This document shows, piece after piece, positions 61,776 through 64,000 of a stretch of DNA of 64,000 bases. The notes under the pieces were generated by a model, which was given only the letters and a program-made list of their open reading frames with translations, had not been told where the DNA came from and made no database searches. Source of the DNA: an uncultured Myxococcales bacterium. Its GTDB lineage: Bacteria; Myxococcota; B64-G9. A program made the position numbers and the translations under genes. The first letter of the stretch is position 1; every line of letters starts with the position of its first letter. The DNA lies in NCBI GenBank assembly GCA_964633205.1, contig CAZWFN010000013.1:443-64442 (forward strand), read 5' to 3'.

Positions 61776-63932
61776 TCAGCGGCCGGTGTCGGGGCGTTGG
61801 GGGTGGAGCAGGATGCGGGCGTCGACCACCTGGCAGCCCTGCTCGTGGGCGATGACCGGGTTGAGATCCATCTCGCGGATCTCGGGGTAGGACTCGACCA
61901 CCTCGGACACGGTCAGCAGCGTCCGGCGCAGGGCCTTCTTGTCCACCGGCGGCCGGCCGCGGTAGCCGTCGAGCATGCGGGCCGAGCGGATCTCGTCGAT
62001 CATCAGGCGGGCCGAGCGGTTGGTGATGGGCAGCACCCGGAAGGCCACGTCGTGCAAGACCTCGACCATGATGCCGCCGATGCCGAACATGACCACCGGG
62101 CCGAACTGGTCGTCGATCTTGGTGCCGATGATCACCTCCAGCCCGTCGCGGGCCATGGGCGAGACCAGCACCCCGCGCAGGTCGGCCTCCGGGGCGTAGG
62201 CCCGGGCGCTCTCGATCACTTCCCGGAACTGCTGGCGGACCGCGTCGGCGCCGCAGACGCTCAGGCGCACCCCGCCGGCCTCGCTCTTGTGCAGGATCTG
62301 GGGCGAGACGATCTTGAGCGCCACGTCGCAGCCGAGCGCCTCGGCCGCGGCCACCGCCTCGTCCTCGCTGCCGGCCAGCGAGCCGCCGCCGACCGGGGCA
62401 CCGTGCATGCCCAGCAGCTGTTTGGCCTCGGGCTCGAGCAGCAGCTGGCGGCCCTCGCGCAGGGCCTGGTCGATGATGCGCTTGCCCTGGGCCCGGGCCT
62501 TGACCTCCCAGTTGAGCACGAAGTCGTTCTTGGCCTCGTAGCTCTGCAGGTAGGAGCCGTACTCGTCCAGCGCGTCGACGCACTTGCAGGCGATCTCCAG
62601 CGAGTCGTAGACCGGAACGCCGTAGTAGCGCAGCAGCGCCAGGGCGTGTGGCTGGGCGTGGTTGTAGAGCGAGTGGACCACCACCGGTTTCTTGGTCTCC
62701 CAGATTAGCTTGCCCAGCTGGTGGGCGGCGTCCTCTTCCGGGAAGCGCAGCCGCTCGGCGAAGCGGATGGAGTAGCCGCCGAACAGGCCCACTAGCAGCA
62801 GCCCGCCGATGCCGTTGTCCTGCAACAGCGCCCGGGCGCAGCGGGCGAATACGCGGGGGTCGGCGTCGGCCCCGCCGGCCACGTCGACCGGGTTGCGCAC
62901 GCTGGCCGCCTCCGGCAGCAGGGCGCGCAGCTTATTCTGGGTCTTGGTCGCCAGCGGTGGCACCTGCAGGCCGGCCTCGGTCAGCAGGTCGGCGGCGATG
63001 GTGGCGTGGCCGCCGCCGTCGGCCAGCACAGCCACCTTGTTGTTGCGCACCGGCGGCAGGCTGGCCAGCGCCTCGGCCACCGGGAACAGCTCGTCGGAAC
63101 TCTCGATGACCACGATGCCGGCGCGGCGGAAGGCCGAGCGGGCCACCTCGCTCATGCCGGCCAGCGCGCCGGTGTGCGAGCCGGCTGCGCGCTTGCCGGT
63201 GGCGGTGCGGCCGCTCTTGAGCAGCACCACCGGCTTGTGGCGGGTGGTGCGGTAGGCCTCCTGTAGAAAGGCCCGGCCGTCGCGCATGCCCTCGACATAC
63301 ATCAGCACCGCGCGGGTGGCCGGGTCCTCGCGGAAGAAGGCCAGGTACTCGTGGAAGCGGATGTCGGCCTCGTTGCCTACCCCGATGTAGTAGGAGAAGC
63401 CCTTCCGGCTCTTGATGCTGGCCTCGGTGATCAGGGTCAGCGCCATGTTGCCGCTCTGGGTCAGCAGGCCGATGTCGCCGGCCGGCACCCCGGTCAGCCC
63501 CACCAGGTTCAGCCCGCTGTGGACGTTGATTATGCCCGAGGTGTTGGGCCCGATCAGGCGCACGCCGGAGCGCTCTGCGGCCGCCACCATCTGCTGCTCG
63601 AGATCGCGGCCGGCCGCGCCGGTCTCGCCGAAGCCGCCGGCGATGACCACCGCGCCGCTGACGCCCTTGGCGCCGCAGTCGGCCAGGATGGCCGGGATGG
63701 ACTTGGCCGGGGTGGTGATCAGGACCATGTCCACCGGGCCCTCGACGTCGGTCAGCCGGGCGTAGCAGCGCAACCCCAGCACGCTGCGCTCTTTGGGGTT
63801 GACCGGGTAGATGGGCCCGTCGAAGCGCGAGTCCTGCAGGGTCTTGATGGCCTGGTAGCCGCGTTTGGTCACATTGCGCGAGGCGCCGACCACCGCCACC
63901 GAGCGCGGGTTGAGGACCTTGTCGAGCGACAT
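61776..63932 (-). CDS. ADP-forming acetyl/acyl-CoA synthetase (fused alpha-beta, NDP-forming family)
   Basis: CoA-binding 'VAVVGASRN', 'GPNTSGI', 'GSHTGALAG' and a C-terminal ATP-grasp domain. 718 aa. Confidence 0.85.
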   Translation of the reverse strand: MSLDKVLNPRSVAVVGASRNVTKRGYQAIKTLQDSRFDGPIYPVNPKERSVLGLRCYARLTDVEGPVDMVLITTPAKSIPAILADCGAKGVSGAVVIAGGFGETGAAGRDLEQQMVAAAERSGVRLIGPNTSGIINVHSGLNLVGLTGVPAGDIGLLTQSGNMALTLITEASIKSRKGFSYYIGVGNEADIRFHEYLAFFREDPATRAVLMYVEGMRDGRAFLQEAYRTTRHKPVVLLKSGRTATGKRAAGSHTGALAGMSEVARSAFRRAGIVVIESSDELFPVAEALASLPPVRNNKVAVLADGGGHATIAADLLTEAGLQVPPLATKTQNKLRALLPEAASVRNPVDVAGGADADPRVFARCARALLQDNGIGGLLLVGLFGGYSIRFAERLRFPEEDAAHQLGKLIWETKKPVVVHSLYNHAQPHALALLRYYGVPVYDSLEIACKCVDALDEYGSYLQSYEAKNDFVLNWEVKARAQGKRIIDQALREGRQLLLEPEAKQLLGMHGAPVGGGSLAGSEDEAVAAAEALGCDVALKIVSPQILHKSEAGGVRLSVCGADAVRQQFREVIESARAYAPEADLRGVLVSPMARDGLEVIIGTKIDDQFGPVVMFGIGGIMVEVLHDVAFRVLPITNRSARLMIDEIRSARMLDGYRGRPPVDKKALRRTLLTVSEVVESYPEIREMDLNPVIAHEQGCQVVDARILLHPQRPDTGR

Positions 63933-63933
63933 G

Positions 63934-64000
63934 TCAGCGCCCCTGGAAGCTCGGCCGGCGCTTCTCGGCGAAGGCGTCCAGGCCTTCCTGCCAGTCGGCG
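63934..64000 (-). CDS. 3' end of an enoyl-CoA hydratase/isomerase-family gene (partial)
   Basis: The minus strand reads '...DWQEGLDAFAEKRRPSFQGR*', the characteristic crotonase C-terminus. Confidence 0.5.
   Translation of the reverse strand, partial: ADWQEGLDAFAEKRRPSFQGR

Noticed and set aside
1-64000. Mobile elements or a genomic island (integrase, transposase, phage genes, flanking tRNA).
   Set aside because: No such genes or terminal repeats were recognised. The lower-GC spots are short intergenic promoter regions rather than island boundaries.

Overview
Very GC-rich bacterial chromosomal segment. GC was judged by eye, not computed. GC3 is strongly elevated in real frames, so there are many long GC-driven antisense shadow ORFs. 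Adjacent genes often share ATGA/GTGA stop-start overlaps. I can support about 50 genes. I recognised no rRNA, tRNA, CRISPR array, transposase or integrase.

Layout:
(1) 1-9.2 kb: a 5'-truncated TonB-dependent receptor. Then a minus-strand short-chain acyl-CoA beta-oxidation operon (acyl-CoA dehydrogenase, thiolase, Hbd, crotonase). It is divergent from Na+-translocating decarboxylase genes (gamma-like, beta, carboxyltransferase), and no biotin carrier is visible.
(2) 9.3-17.2 kb: TolC plus two HlyD-type adaptors with no pump, a pilus-N-domain secreted protein, a PilZ gene with a sigma54-like promoter, and a BNR-repeat lipoprotein interrupted by one in-frame TAG.
(3) 17.3-31.2 kb: an envelope/glycolipid-type locus (GT2, flippase-like LPG-synthase-TM protein, GT4, MaoC double hotdog). 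It is packed with alkaline-phosphatase-superfamily paralogues and a beta-propeller::PHP protein. A 97-bp tandem repeat sits between two of the genes.
(4) 33.1-45.7 kb: a ~12.5-kb minus-strand operon. It encodes two non-pyrrolysine MttB-family methyltransferases, a B12-binding corrinoid protein, a methyl-THF:corrinoid methyltransferase, a DUF362/2x[4Fe-4S] protein, a GCS2-type ligase, ProA, a large SAM methyltransferase and an Opu-type betaine ABC importer whose binding protein looks circularly permuted. A MarR gene lies at the far end.
(5) 45.8-56.4 kb: a second alkaline-phosphatase-superfamily cluster, a second propeller::PHP paralogue, and a fused sulfate adenylyltransferase/APS kinase.
(6) 56.4-61.7 kb: a sigma54-promoted cassette of a PLP enzyme, DUF1611, a QueC-like PP-loop::creatininase fusion, and an internally shortened enolase-superfamily protein.
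(7) 61.8-64 kb: an ADP-forming acyl-CoA synthetase and the 3' end of another crotonase.

The best candidates for something undescribed are blocks (6) and (4), followed by the AP-superfamily expansion with its shared C-terminal LGY tail.

All functional calls rest on motif recognition by eye. No HMM or BLAST search was run.
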